Assembly: GCF_018977255.1 (NCBI RefSeq)
Contig: NW_024704743.1
Coordinates: 45,386,001-45,450,000 of the forward strand
Length of the DNA stretch: 64,000 bases
Reading direction: 5' to 3'
DNA from: Callorhinchus milii
Taxonomy: Eukaryota
Shown here: positions 1-12,675 of the stretch, one piece after another
How positions within the stretch are numbered: position 1 is the stretch's first letter
Layout of the letters: the number at the start of each line of letters is the position of its first letter
The notes under the pieces: generated by a model
Databases searched by the model: none
Told to the model about the DNA's origin: nothing
Seen by the model: only the letters and a program-made list of their open reading frames with translations
Translations under genes and position numbers: made by a program

Positions 1-339
1 CCGGCGAATTGATTAGAGCAAAGATTTCTACAGCACTACTGTAAAGCTGCACAAAGCATGCTTCTCTTATTTGCCAATCCAAGAAATGTTTGAATTTGCA
101 GATCAAAATGAATCAGTTTTATTATTAAGACAACCGTCTTATGTCTAAGACTATAAGCAATTTTGAGTATCTGATATGCGTCACCCTGACCCACAAAAAC
201 AATTTGAAATAATTGGATGGCTGTTCCTACAGATCAGCATGATGTACATTCATATATTACACAGAATTTTCTAATCAGATTCTCAGAAAAGGGATTGTTA
301 ACTAGTTTACAGTGGGAATGTCATAATTAGTCATAATTA

Positions 340-478
340 GACTGTTTGTGGGACATTGCTGTGCGCAATTGGCTGCCGCGTTCGCCTACAAATATACAGT
401 CAATTCACTTTACAGTGTTTTCTGTGAAGCGCTTTGGGACGTCCTCCCGACGTGAAAAGCGCTATATCAAATGCAAGG

Positions 479-508
<30 letters not shown>
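340..508 (+). mobile_element. Young SINE (family A), 5'-truncated
   Basis: Near-identical to the 3' half of full copies; ends ...gggacgtcctcccgacgtgaaaagcgctatatcaaatgcaagga(tta)n. Confidence 0.9.
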
Positions 509-509
<1 letters not shown>

Positions 510-1409
510 CTTTGCAAATTCTGTGCTGACTTCAATGCCTTTGTTTTCCAACATGCCAGTACCATCTGTAACAATAGAAGCAAGATATTTTCTTTTAAAT
601 CCTGACCAGACTGAGAGCAAAGTGACATTGAGACTGCATCAAGGTAGCAGCCGCTGTGGCATTTCGGTCCTGTCCGGTTGATAAAGCTTTCCTTAAATAA
701 GGAACTTTGTTAAGTAAAGAATGAAATACGTTGAAAAAGACCATGTCTCCCAACCTATGATTCTACTTTGCTCTTGTGAAGCTCTCTGCAATTTGTTCTT
801 TACCACTAGTCCTTGCTGTCTTTCACCTAGTGGTGTGGCTATTGGCCTCTTTTATGAGCAAATAGTGTGTGTCGCGGCATGAAACATTTCAGCAGTGACA
901 TCTCTGTTCAACTGCACAGCCTCTGTGTTTGTGATGCGTGTGTACAGATTTGACAGCTGTTTTCTTTTATTATAGCACTGAGCTTCCCAGCTGACTCGCT
1001 TTGCTGGCCATGCAAGCTTTATGTGGAATTGTTGTGCTTTTCCAGCTTTCCACATATTTTCTCTTCAAGTCATGTATTCCTGTGAACAGAGGGCTGTTAA
1101 CTTCATGGGTTGTTATTATTATTATTAGGGTTCCTCACTTGATTTTCCAGCCTCAGCGCAGATTTTACTGTATGTACAATACAATACACATTTATATAGC
1201 AACTTACATGCCATATCCCAAAATGCATTCAACATGCCCTTTCAAACAACAGGCATGTACATGTATGTGCCTCATAAGAGTGAGTGAGGTAGCAAGCCTG
1301 AGGGACTCCAGCATGGAGTTACAGGGATTAGGGGCAAAATGGATGGAAGTCCATGTACCATTAAAAATCATTCTTTATCATTTTCTTGTAACTGATTTGA
1401 ATGATATTT

Positions 1410-2358
1410 CATAGAATCATAGAATTTTACAGCACAGAAGGAGACCATTCGGTCCATCATGTCTGTGCTGGCTCTTTGAAAAGAGCTATCCAAATCAATC
1501 CCACTCTCCCACTCTCTCCCCATAGCCCTGCAAAATTGTCCTCCCCAAATAATTATCTACTTCTCTCTTAAAAGTTCTTAATGAATTGGCTTCCACCACC
1601 CTTTCAGGTAATGCATTCCAGATCTGAACAGCACGCTGTGTGAAAAAATTTCTCCTCACCTCCCCTCTGTTTCTTTTAACAACTATTTTAAATGGGTGTC
1701 CTCGGGTTACCGACACACCTGCCAGTGAAATAGTTTCTCCTTGTTCACCCTATCGAATCCCCTCATAATTTTGAAAACTTCTATTAAATCTCCTCTTAAC
1801 CTTCTCTGCTCCAAGGAGAATAATCCCAGCTTCTCTAGCCTCTCCTGATAACTGAAGTCCCTCATTCCTGGTACCTTCCTGGTAAATCTCCTTTGTACCC
1901 GCTCCAATGGCTTGACATCCTTCCTAAAGTGTAGTGCCCAGAACTGAACACAGTACTCTCGCTGAGGCCTAACCAGTGTTTTATAAAGATTCATCATAAC
2001 TTCCTGACTTTTTTATTCTATGCCCCTATTTATAAAGCCTAGTATCCCANTTTTTTTAACAGCTTTATCTACCTGTCCTGCCACCTTCAAAAATTTACGT
2101 ATATGAACCCCTAGGTCTCTCTGTTCCTTCATCCCCTTTAAGATTGTACCATCTAGATTGTACCATTGCCTCTTCGTTCTTCCTTCCAAAATGCATCATT
2201 TCGCATTTCTCCACATTAAATTTTCTCGGCCCATTTTACCAGTCTGTCTACCTCCTCTTGCAGTCTGCTACTTTCCTCCTCACTGTTTACTACTTTTCTT
2301 ATCTTAGTATCACCTGCAAACTTGGAAATTGTACTCCCTATGCCCAAGTCCAGGTCAC
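1410..2358 (-). mobile_element. CR1 LINE 3' fragment (ORF2 C-terminus + tail)
   Basis: Minus-strand peptides LYKTLVRP..EYCVQFW, LERVQRRFTR, LFSLEQRRLRGDLIEVFKI, RRNFFTQR; (ttctatga)n-type tail at 1410-1424; frameshifted. Confidence 0.92.
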
Positions 2359-2788
2359 CTAGTTATTTTCATTTGTCTGCTTCTTAAATGGTGTTTAAAA
2401 ATCAAGGCCAAACAGACAGGGACAGCAACAAAGCATAAGAATTTGCTTGCCGAAAGAAGACCAAGGTCCATCCAGTTTGCCTTCCACCATCCTGGCAGTC
2501 ACATGAACATGTCATGTCCCAAACTGTATACTGCATCCTGAGATATTATTTCCTAACAGAAATCTATCTAATTTGTTCAGAGGTGGATCTCTGATTAAAG
2601 CTTCCCAGTTCAGCCAGCACACAATCCCTCATAACAATGATTGTGATAGGTCTGGTGCTTTCATTGAGAAAGTGGCAGCTACTTTGGAAAGATCAACTCT
2701 TGTAGCGGATACTGTAGGAAACTCATCAATATGAAAGTCTATAATTGTGTACTGCTTATTTACAAGTTATATCTTCAACTCTTCCATT

Positions 2789-3930
2789 CAACAACAACAA
2801 CTTGCATTCATATAGCGCCCTTAATGAGGGGTAGCATTGGCGATCTTAACATTTGAGAAGGTTACCGAGCTGGGGAGAGCGGGACATGACCAGAGGCTTC
2901 ATTAAACAGGAAGGGCTTCAAGTGTGATCTCCCAAGGTGAGGAGGGAGGAAACAAGGTAGAGAGATTGAGGGAAAGAGTTCCATAGATTTGGGGCGGAGT
3001 GGCTAAAGGCACAGCCACTGATGGTGGGAGCAGAGGGGATGTGCAGGACGTCGGATCCAGCTGAGCAGAAGCTGTGGGTAGTGGAATGGGGAGTAAGCAG
3101 GTTGTAAAGGTGAGGAGGAGCCAAGGATCTAGAAAATGATCTGTTCTGTGATAGGGAATCAGGGGAGCCGGGCTGGTGTTAAGAGGGTACAAAGTTTAGA
3201 GTAGATGAGTGTATGGGCAGCAAAGTTTTGAATTATATAAATTTTGTGGATATTGGAGATGGGGAGACGTTGAGGAGAGAATTGGAATAATCAAGGCAGG
3301 AGGTGACGAATGAGTGGATAAGGGTTTTAGCTGTATTGGATCTGAGGTGCGGTTGGAAGTGAGCAATGTGATGGAGATGGAGGAAAGCAGTCCTGGTCAG
3401 GGATTAGATGAGAGTAGGAAGGACAGCTGGAGATTAAACTTGATGCCTAGGTTGCACATAAGTTTGGTACCTCTGAGGGACTTGAGGAGGTCTCACTGCA
3501 GGTGAAAAAACATTGACGGAAACCTGGAGTATGGCTTCCATCTTGTCAACATTCAACTCCTGACAAATAAGCTGACATAACATCAGGGGATCTGCAGTTG
3601 CAGCTGGGGGAGAAGTAGATTTGGGTATCATCTGTATACATGTGGAGGTTTACCTCATGTCTACGGATGACATTTCTGATAAGGAGCACATAGATAAGGA
3701 ATAGAAGGGGGCAAGGATGGAGCCTTGGGGTACCCCGCAGGTGACTTGGCAGGGGCGAGATGTTAGTAAAATAAGACTCAAACCAGGAGAGTGCAGTCAC
3801 ACTGAGGTAGATAAGAAAGGAGAGGCAGTGGAGGAGGATGGCATGATTGACTGTATCGAAGGCAGTGGAGAGGTTCAGGAGGACAAAGTGGGCAGAGGGA
3901 GTCCTGGTCAGAGAGAGGATGACATTCATT
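2789..3930 (-). mobile_element. Old L2 LINE fragment (RT region to 3' tail)
   Basis: LLNLSTAFDTVNHAILL, HMYTDDTQIY (YADD-like), AFSHSAPNLWNSFP; (ttg)n tail at 2789-2800. Confidence 0.85.
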
Positions 3931-4289
3931 GGCTCATGCAGGACTGCAGGTGATCATCAAACACTTGAGCTCTAAATTCACATGGTGTATCTGGAATATT
4001 TAGATTCTGTTTTAAAATAAAAAATACCTGATTTTTAAGGAGCATTGACAGGTTGAGCTGACAGTGCGGTTTCAGAATTTAAGCACTTCATGAGGCAACA
4101 AAACAAGCTTTGCGTATTAGGAATACATTTGAATATTGCAGGTCCTCTAGTGTGACACTGGAGCTGAAAATGCGCTTAAATTGTATCGTCATTGTGAATG
4201 CCCAGGAGAAGTGCCCATAAACTATCATTTCCTCATAGAAACATTCTGTTTGTCCCTTCGACCTCTGAGATATTGGCACTGAGGATGCC

Positions 4290-4535
4290 CCCACTCTTTA
4301 GAACGCCATCCCACAGTCCCTTCACTTCACCCCCTGCCTTGCCTCCATCAAGGCCTATCTCAAGACCCTCCTTTTCGACCCACCCTATTCAGTCACCACC
4401 CTACCCATACATGCCCTGCTCTCCACCCCTCCTGATTCCAAACCCCAGCTCAGATCCAAATTCCTGACTTCCAAGCACCTTGGGACATCCTCCTGACTTG
4501 AAAGCCACTATACAAATGTAATTTGTTGTTTGATG
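4290..4535 (+). mobile_element. L2 3' end fragment
   Basis: Pyrimidine-rich L2 3' region ending aagcaccttgggacatcctcctgacttgaaagccactatacaaatgtaatttgttgtttg. Confidence 0.7.
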
Positions 4536-4716
4536 TTGAGGAGAAGGCAGGTCAAAACCAATATTTCTGGGGTTGGCATGACATGCACACATTTTCCTGC
4601 AAATAAACCCCTCACTTTATGCCTTGTGTTTCTATGCATATTTACAGCACAGAACAAGGTCATTCAGCCCATTATGTAGCTACACAGAGGCACTTCTTTA
4701 ACTCAAATCAGTAATT

Positions 4717-5302
4717 TTGATTTCAAGATCCTCATCCTCACCTACAAGGCCATTCACGGCCTTGCTCCCTCCTACCTCTCCAACCTACTATCCCCCTACT
4801 TACCTGTCCGTACCCTCCGTTCCTCTGGCTCCGGTCTGCTCCACATCCCCCGCCCCAACCGCCCTACCATCGGTGGTCGGGCCTTCAGCCTCTCAGCCCC
4901 GAGGCTCTGGAACTCCATCCCCAGTGCCTTCGCCACCTCCTCCCTTTCCTCCTTCAAGGCCGGTCTCAAAACCTTTCTCTTTGACCGTGCCTTCAGCTCC
5001 CCTCTCAACTCTCTTCCACCTCCTTGCTCCCTCCCTTCCCTCCCCTCACCCTGACCATTTCCCCCCTCCTCGCTCCCTCCCTTCCCTCCCCTCACCCTGA
5101 CCATTTCCCCCTCCTCGCTCCCTCCCTTCCCTCCCCTCACCCTGACCATTTCCCCCCTCCTCGCTCCCTCCCTTCCCTCCCCTCACCCTGACCATTTCCC
5201 CCCTGCTCGGGTCATGACCCAACTGTGCAGCGCCTTGGGACGTCCTCCTGACGTGAAAGGCGCTTTATAAATGGAATCTTGTTGTTGTTGTTGTTGTTGT
5301 TG
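4717..5302 (+). mobile_element. Young L2 LINE 3' fragment
   Basis: Closely matches the 39490-40376 copy ([20 protein letters not shown]...GRAFSLSAPRLWNS); hairpin tail and (ttg)n end. Confidence 0.92.
5020..5204 (+). repeat. ~46-bp tandem repeat, 4 copies, inside the L2 3' UTR
   Basis: ctgaccattt recurs at 5051, 5097, 5142 and 5188 (periods 46, 45, 46). Confidence 0.92.
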
Positions 5303-6362
5303 TAGGCACCAAATTTCTAGTATTGAAAACTCAGTTAGTGAGAGAAATGTAGCCCAAAATGATGGACCACTGATACTGAGCGGTCGAAATTATGCTGTAA
5401 AGGGTCTAATAGCTTATCTGCTTCTAAGGTTCAGTCGGTGTACAACGAGGCAGCAAGAATTCATTTACATATCCATCGTATTAATAAATTCTTAAATGAT
5501 TTTTCTTCCCTTGAAGTAAAGGCACAAAAGACAGAACAACTTGCTACAGTATTGCTTGTGCCCTTGGTTCCCAATACAAAGAGACTGCGAAACAGGGACT
5601 TCTCCAATTCGTTCATCTTTTCCAGGCCACTAGGGACCAGAAAATCTCCCACCCACCCATATGCCATGTCAAAGGATAACCCTGCAGTAATTATGTTCAG
5701 AGTAAAGGATTGTTAGCGGAGAAGGAGAAGCCCCTTACAATGTGGCTAGTGATGTCATAATTATCACAGATGACCTTCTACCTTCTCCCTCCAAAATTTG
5801 CTGCATTTTTATTTATGGGGTCAGTTGTCACCAAATTTAGCACTATAACATTCTGCCTTCGTCCTCAGAGCAGTCATGCAGAATGTATTTGCCTCACGAG
5901 CTGCAGCCCACTCATTTCTTTTACACTTGGCTACAAGTCTCTTGTCACTGTGTGAAATTCAAACTGGCTGAGTGGGAATGTCACTAATGTAGTTTTAATA
6001 ACAACTCCAGAAGAGCATGTCATGAGGGCTTTCCTTTTTTTAAAATGTGTTTGTGTTGGGCAAATTTCAATGTGGCTTTTGAAAATTTATAAATGAATAA
6101 TTTCCTCAAAATCAACCCAACATTTAAACCCAAGATGTAAACATTATTCTGATTTTTTTTGTGGAATTTTATGATGTGGTAGTTCACATATACTTATAAT
6201 AATTTATCACAATAACTTATCTTCAGAATCTGAAGTTTTAAGAGGTGGAAAACTGGTATGTTTTTAAATACTGTACATAAAAAAAGGTTTCAGTGTTGAA
6301 GTATTACATTTTTAATACTTCAGAAAGGCCGGTATGCAGGGAATAGACAGACAGACAGATAG

Positions 6363-6670
6363 TCCTTGTTGTGATATAGCACTTTTCACATCAGAAAAAC
6401 GAGTTCACAGGATTTACTGTAAAATGTTGTGACTGTATTTTGTAGGCAAATGAAGCATCCAATTTGCGCACAACGATGTCTGACAAACAACCATAAAGTG
6501 AATTGTTGGCCAGGAAATCAGGAGAAACTCCATTCTATTTACAAATAATCCCATTGTATCATTAACAACCACCTGAATAGCCAGGCGGGACTTCAGTTTA
6601 ACTCATCCAAAGATTGCACAAGAATGGCACAATGCAGCACTCGCTGAGCACTGCATTGAGCGTCAGTTGA
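6363..6670 (-). mobile_element. Old DeuSINE-type SINE (family C), decayed
   Basis: Reverse complement of the Deu body and tail also seen at 60771-61064. Confidence 0.7.
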
Positions 6671-7945
6671 AACGATATTGTTTGAAGATATGATTATCTT
6701 CACTCAGATTCTATTTAAATAATTTGCCTCACTAATACAAACACATGCAACGTGCTAAATGTGATATCAGTGCTGGTAGCAAATCAACTAAGTCTCATAA
6801 CATTTATTTTTGGGTTAGTTCAGAAATGTTACCTTAGCACCAAGACTCAATTATTTTACCGCAGAGAGTAAATGGTCTCAGTTTAATTCCACTTTGTGCT
6901 TCAAAATCCACTTACCCAGAAACTGGGTGGCACAGTTGATCAGCAACACAACAACAATAACTTGTATTTATATAGCACCCCTCACCAGGGTAGTGTCTCC
7001 GAGCGCTTTTGGGGACACTAGTCGTTTAGGGTAGAACATCTGTGTACTACATAAAAAAAGTGGAATAAGATGGGTGGTTTCATTTTGGGAGTAAAATAAC
7101 ATAAGCCATAGTAAAGAACAAGTGAAATAATGAAACCCTTTTATTGGTGTGAAAAAAAGTGTTAGCATTGTAAAATCATTAATTGAACCACATTAATGGA
7201 TTGGTTACTGTTCAGAATCTGTTTCTCAATGAATTCCGTTGTTTTCAACAGTTTTAAAACCACTGTTAACTTGTAGCTGCCACACTTGGCAGCAACACAC
7301 TACAGGCTGGTATAGAAAAGCCCAACATGTTCACTTGGAAACCATTTACAATTGGAATCAGGTTTCTTAACAACATTGTTCACTTTCAGCTCATAAACAT
7401 AAATATACGTGTGTTTACATTCACCAAACTTGCAGGTATGCAAGTCACTATAACATTTTGCTTGTTCCTGCGCTGAGATTTTGAGGGTGAGCCTGTCATC
7501 CCACTGTTATATTGAAACTACTGAAATGTGGGTTGCCTGTTGGAGTGAGGCTATGAAAGCTGAGAGTAATAAAGTAATAAAAATCAAAACGTCCTGAAAT
7601 TGCTGGTAGCATTGAGAATAGAGCAATGTTTAAGGGCTTTGAGAAGGCAGTGAGGATGGGTGATGGAATTCTTGGAACGGAGGAGGAAAACAAGCAAACA
7701 TTTCATCAGTAATGAATTGCCATGAAATTTTATTCGTACCTTGAATGAAAACGACCTCAAGTGACTCCCTGATGAATGTTCCTTCTTATATTGAGTTAGA
7801 ACTAACTTCACAGGTCAATGCATTTTTGGTAGACCAGACAGACTATTAAAGTCCTTTATGTCAGTGGTAAACTTAACTGCCCCTTTAGCTTGTGTTGTAA
7901 TATTCCCTAGTGTAACTCATGCCTTAATTGTAGACATAGTCTTAT

Positions 7946-8298
7946 AAATAATAATAGTAATAATCCTTGTATTTGATATAGCACATTTCAAGTCGTCCAG
8001 AAATTTCAAAGCATTCACAGGATTTACTTTAAAGTCTGGTGATTGTGTATTTGTAGGCAAATGTAGCAGCCTGTTTGTGCACAGCAATGTCCCATAAACA
8101 GTTATGAAGGAATGATCAATTTTATTTGGAGGATTGTTGGTCAGGATACTGGGAGAAACTCGCTTCTCTTTTTGAATAGTGCCAGGAGATCTTTAAAGTG
8201 CACCTGATCAGGCAGACGGGACCTCAGTTTGACATCTTATCTGAAGGTTGGCACCTCTGACAATGCAGTGCTCCCAACATTGCATTGATGTCAGCCCA
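7946..8298 (-). mobile_element. Old DeuSINE-type SINE (family C)
   Basis: tttgaatagtgccaggagatctttaa...ggcagacgggacctcagtttgacatcttatctgaagg..gcacctctgacaatgcag plus (tta)n tail. Confidence 0.82.
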
Positions 8299-8744
8299 GT
8301 CAATTGAACGTTAACCATACATTTAATCATTGGAATCCTTTATATTATTGCTTTCATACTCATATTCATAATGGACTGTTTAATTGCCAAGGCATAAACC
8401 ACTTTTGAAGCAATAATAACAAATCAAATAGTAGTGAATCTTAACGCATGCTTTAGCAATCAGTACCATGTGAAACTTGAGAAAGTGCATTTCTCGTTTA
8501 ATAGGCTCTTTGTTTATCTTTTCCCGATAGTAATAAATACGTGACCATTAAGTTAATTACAATGTGCGATAATAACTTCAATTTGTTATTGTGAGCAGTG
8601 AAAATGTAATGGTTGAAAGGAGACAATTGCATCTTAGTGCATAGATTGTACCTAGTACATAGATTGCACAAAAGGCATCTTGTTAAGTTTTTATATTTTC
8701 TTGACTAAGTTGTTTCCTTCATTATGTGGATTGGGAGAGGTGGG

Positions 8745-8747
<3 letters not shown>

Positions 8748-8780
<33 letters not shown>
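8748..8780. repeat. (GA)n microsatellite
   Basis: Pure GA run. Confidence 0.95.
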
Positions 8781-8782
<2 letters not shown>

Positions 8783-8955
8783 CGTTGATGAGTATGTACA
8801 CTTCATAACATCCAGCTCCCAGCATAACACATGACTTTTATGACCAGCTCTCCTCCTACCCCACTCCTCGGCTCATTCCTTCTAATTGGCTTGTTGTGCA
8901 TCCCCACCGTGCTTCCATCGATGGCCAAGCTTTCCAACTCTGGAACTCCCTCATC

Positions 8956-8975
8956 TATATATATATATATATATA
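8956..8975. repeat. (TA)n microsatellite
   Basis: Pure TA run. Confidence 0.9.
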
Positions 8976-9455
8976 GTTTCCTTTTTAAATGTTAAGATCT
9001 CAATCCACAAGTGATGCCTGTTTTGACATGTTCACACATGTACAAGAGCTGAATTCAGCCTGCTATTTCTGTCCCCAAACCATCTCCACTGCCCTTCCCA
9101 GCCTAGGTTTCTGCTCCCCATCACTCGTGTCACTTCCACTGCCATTTCCATGTCCGCTACAGTGGTTGCTTATGCTCCTAAAAAAAATGGGGATTGATTC
9201 ACAATATCAAAAATGTTAACTTTAGCCATTAAACAGCTATGATATCTGTCACATTTACGTTCCCAGCAAAACTTTTTTTTTGCCGTCACCAATTTTCTCT
9301 CTCTGCTCTTCTGAAGGTTGTGAATGAACCATTTTCTTAGGTGTGTTCTCCTCTGCTTCCTCACAAAGTGTCACACTTCAGGACAGTGAGTGTTTGCAAC
9401 TTGTGAGGGACAGCACAGTCAAGTTCAATCCTGTCCCCTCTAGGCATGACATTCC

Positions 9456-9778
9456 TGTGGAGTCCTGTAGCTCAGTGGTTAGAGCACTCGCTTTGCAAGC
9501 GAGAGACCTGAGTTCAATTCCAGGCAGAGGGCGAAACCTTGGGCAAGTTTCCTTACTCCACACAGAGCCTAATAATAATCCCTCCAAAACAAAAAACAAT
9601 AATAAATTGGTCATTTTCAATCTACGACTGTTTGTGGGACATTGCTGTGCGCAATGGGCTGCCGCGTTCGCCCACAAATATATAGTCAATTCACTTTACA
9701 ATTTGTTCTGTGAAGCGCTTTGGGACGTCCTCCCAACGTGAAAAGCGCTATATCAAATGCAAGGATTATTATTATTAT
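9456..9778 (+). mobile_element. Young full-length tRNA(Ala)-like SINE (family A)
   Basis: Pol III A box TAGCTCAGTGG, anticodon arm CTCGC-TT-TGC-AA-GCGAG, B box GAGTTCAATTCC, Deu-like ctgtttgtgggacattgctgtgcgc, L2-type tail and (tta)n. Confidence 0.94.
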
Positions 9779-9924
9779 ATTAAAAGTGGCGACATTGACA
9801 TTGTCAGCTTCCAACAAGATTTCCCCAGTATAATGGCACATCGTCAATATCGCTACACATAACATTGAATGGAATCCAAAGTCTTTCAATCATGTTAGCA
9901 AGCAGCACTCAAGAAAAGAAATGC

Positions 9925-10055
9925 CAGCGGATTTTCCTTTCCTTAGTTCAGGAAGCTCTATCTAAGATCAGCAAACTCAGCACAGACAAGGACTGGGACC
10001 TTTTATATGGTTCAGTTTCACACTGACAGGAGCTTCACCAACTGAGTCATTGTGA
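9925..10055 (-). mobile_element. Ancient tRNA-derived SINE fragment of a further family
   Basis: Reverse complement reads gactcagttggtgaagc...actgaacc...gtctgtgctgagtttgctgatct...ctaaggaaaggaaaatc; resembles 49190-49400. Confidence 0.45.
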
Positions 10056-10109
10056 TAGCTCTCCATGGCTAAACTATTAACCTAGTCTTCGTAGTAACTT
10101 ATAATAATA

Positions 10110-10290
10110 TTAATAATAACACTTGCATTTGATATAGCGCCTTATCACGTCTTCGAGACGTCTCAAAGCGTTTCACAGAATATACTTTAAAGTGAATTGA
10201 CTGTATATTTTGTGGGCGAAGCACGGCAGCCAATTGTACACAGGAGTGTCTGACAAACGGTCATGGATTAAAGTGACCAAATTATTTTAT
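10110..10290 (-). mobile_element. Older SINE (family B) 3' half
   Basis: Tail reads ctttgagacgtctcgaagacgtgataaggcgctatatcaaatgcaag on the minus strand. Confidence 0.85.
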
Positions 10291-12675
10291 TTAAAATAAA
10301 AAAAGTTAAAGAATAATAACTATTAGATTGTGCTTGTTGTCTCTATTTTTCTACCTGATGACAACAGAGGTACATACTCTGACTATTGATGAGTAGTAGT
10401 CAGAGGTTGATTCTTCGTGCACTTTTACATTAACATTATTACAAGTGGCTGCTAGCGTGTGTAGTTTAAGTGTGATTAATGTTTGTTATCTCACGTTATA
10501 TTTGTTGATACTTATCGTCTCATTTAAGATTTAAGGCCGAGGGTTGTGGATTTCATTGAAGCTACAATGAAATTCTGTTTAAACGCTTAAACGTGCTTTT
10601 AACTCAAGCTTTCTGTATAAATCAAAGGAGGGAATACACAAACAAGTTCAGCTTAGGTCACAGAGGTGTAAAATAAACCTCTGATTGACTGAAGCTTCAC
10701 AATTTGCTTTAATTTAAATAGTAATTGCTAGTACCTGTCATTGTGGAAGAACTGATTAGTTAAGTTACACCTAGTTATAGGGACTTGCAATCATAAGTGA
10801 GGATTGAACACAGAGGCCACCCAGTGCACTGAGAGTGAGAGCGAGCCACATAGTGGGTGTACATATAAGGGTGATAGATCCGTCTCAGTGCAAATTAGGT
10901 TCCCATGTTCACCCACAAAATGCAGAGTCACTATACTTTATAGTGTATCCTCTGAGGCACATGTCGAATGTAAAGAGTTTTATTATTGTCTGTAATCTGG
11001 CAGTGGCATTGGACTTATAGACATTTTGTATGGGTCTGTTGCTCATCAAAGCATTCAGGAGGCAGTAGTATTACTAGTTATCCATCCAGTGATGATTCAG
11101 TCCCTCGGTTGTCAGTTTACTGATCATCCTTGTGTGAGTATCATCCTGAAGTGTGGAGTGGGGAGTAGTCAGATTCCTACCTAACTAAAATCAATGTTTT
11201 AGTTGCTTGGTGGAGATCCGGGATAGTTCAATACATTGACAAGACTTGTGGTTAAACCCCAGTGGGTCTACTTAACTTTTTCGAGGTTGGTAAAATTTGT
11301 CGTGTCTAAAAATATCCTCCTTATGGAGTAAGCAAGGTCTCCCTGGAGTTGAACCGGCTCCAAGGTAAAGGTAGGCAGCTCAGCAGTAATCAGGATGGTT
11401 AATCAGCTTGTCTCATTGAGATGTGAACGAATAGAGTCAAGGTGTTCTTCGCTGACAATTATAATAATAAACAATAACAATCCTGGCATTTAAGTTTTAG
11501 TGCATCCATTTCTATTCCATGCAAGTATGGTCCTGATCAGTGTCTTTGTGCACATCTTTTTCATTTGACATCATTCTATGTCATACTTTGTATATTTAGA
11601 AGCTCTCATATAAATACATTTGTTCTGTGTGAATAATCCAAAACATATGAATTTGGGGACAAAAACTTGTTTTTGTTTTCAGATTTCCAGCATCTGCAGT
11701 ATTTTGTGTTTTATGAATTTGGGGGACCATCCCGACTACCTGAGGAGAATGGTGCCAATGTAAGGAGAACTAAGGGGAAAAATGTGAAAGCAAATGAGAG
11801 GTTTTGAATCTTCCTAAGATTTGCTAACATATTATCTATATCAGCCCTGTAGTTTTGCTTTAATATTGCTATCCATGATATTTCAGTAATGTTATTATTC
11901 AGTAATGTTATTAATGTAATACATGTTTTAGTGATTTTTCAGCATTGCAGTTTGCAGAAGAATTATCTTACTTTCTCATTTCTATTTCTTCAAGAGACAT
12001 ACTATCTTTCCTCTGAATATGTCACCAGAACTGCAAAAGTAATCCAGTTAGTAACTGACCAATGATTTATCCAGCAACAGGATGATTTTGGTTTGATGTA
12101 TTCCACATCGCCCTGTTAGTAGGTTCCAGTATTTTATTTATTTATGCTTTACTGCAGTCAAGCATTGGGCTGAAGGTTTCATATGTTTATAAGAGTTCAA
12201 AGATTTCTTCATCTTTCAGTATGGTTTAAATTACGACTGTTCCATTTCACATATTTGGTTTGTTCCTTTCTCTGCGATAATCTTAGCATTTTTTTCCAAA
12301 CCTCAATATTTGCTTCACTTCCTCCTTTGATATCATGGTAAGGGGAATAGACTAAAGGGAGCATGTCAGAAAATAAACATTGTTACTGTAGTGGAGACCA
12401 ATTCATTTGAGACTGAAGGCTTCTCAAAAACTAAAGACCGTTCTCAGCTGAGGCAATCTTCATCTTAAGTCATTAACACATATTAATAAAAGGAAGACAA
12501 AAATCTGGATTCATACTTTAAATTTATACGTTTTTCCCTTTTTTCACATAAACCTTTTAGGTTTTCCCCTTTTTTCAATTCTTTATTTTATTTTTGTTTT
12601 TATTCACACATTTTTATTTTCCACTTTCTACCCATTCTATTTCTAATTTCCGAATCTAGCACTTTTTCTTTTTGG

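Noticed and set aside
1001..1414. 137-aa ORF with hydrophobic N-terminus
   Set aside because: TTG start, composition typical of random AT-rich DNA, no family resemblance.
5020..5204. Regular repeats as a possible CRISPR array
   Set aside because: Head-to-tail units with no unique spacers, inside an L2 3' UTR in vertebrate DNA; no cas genes.
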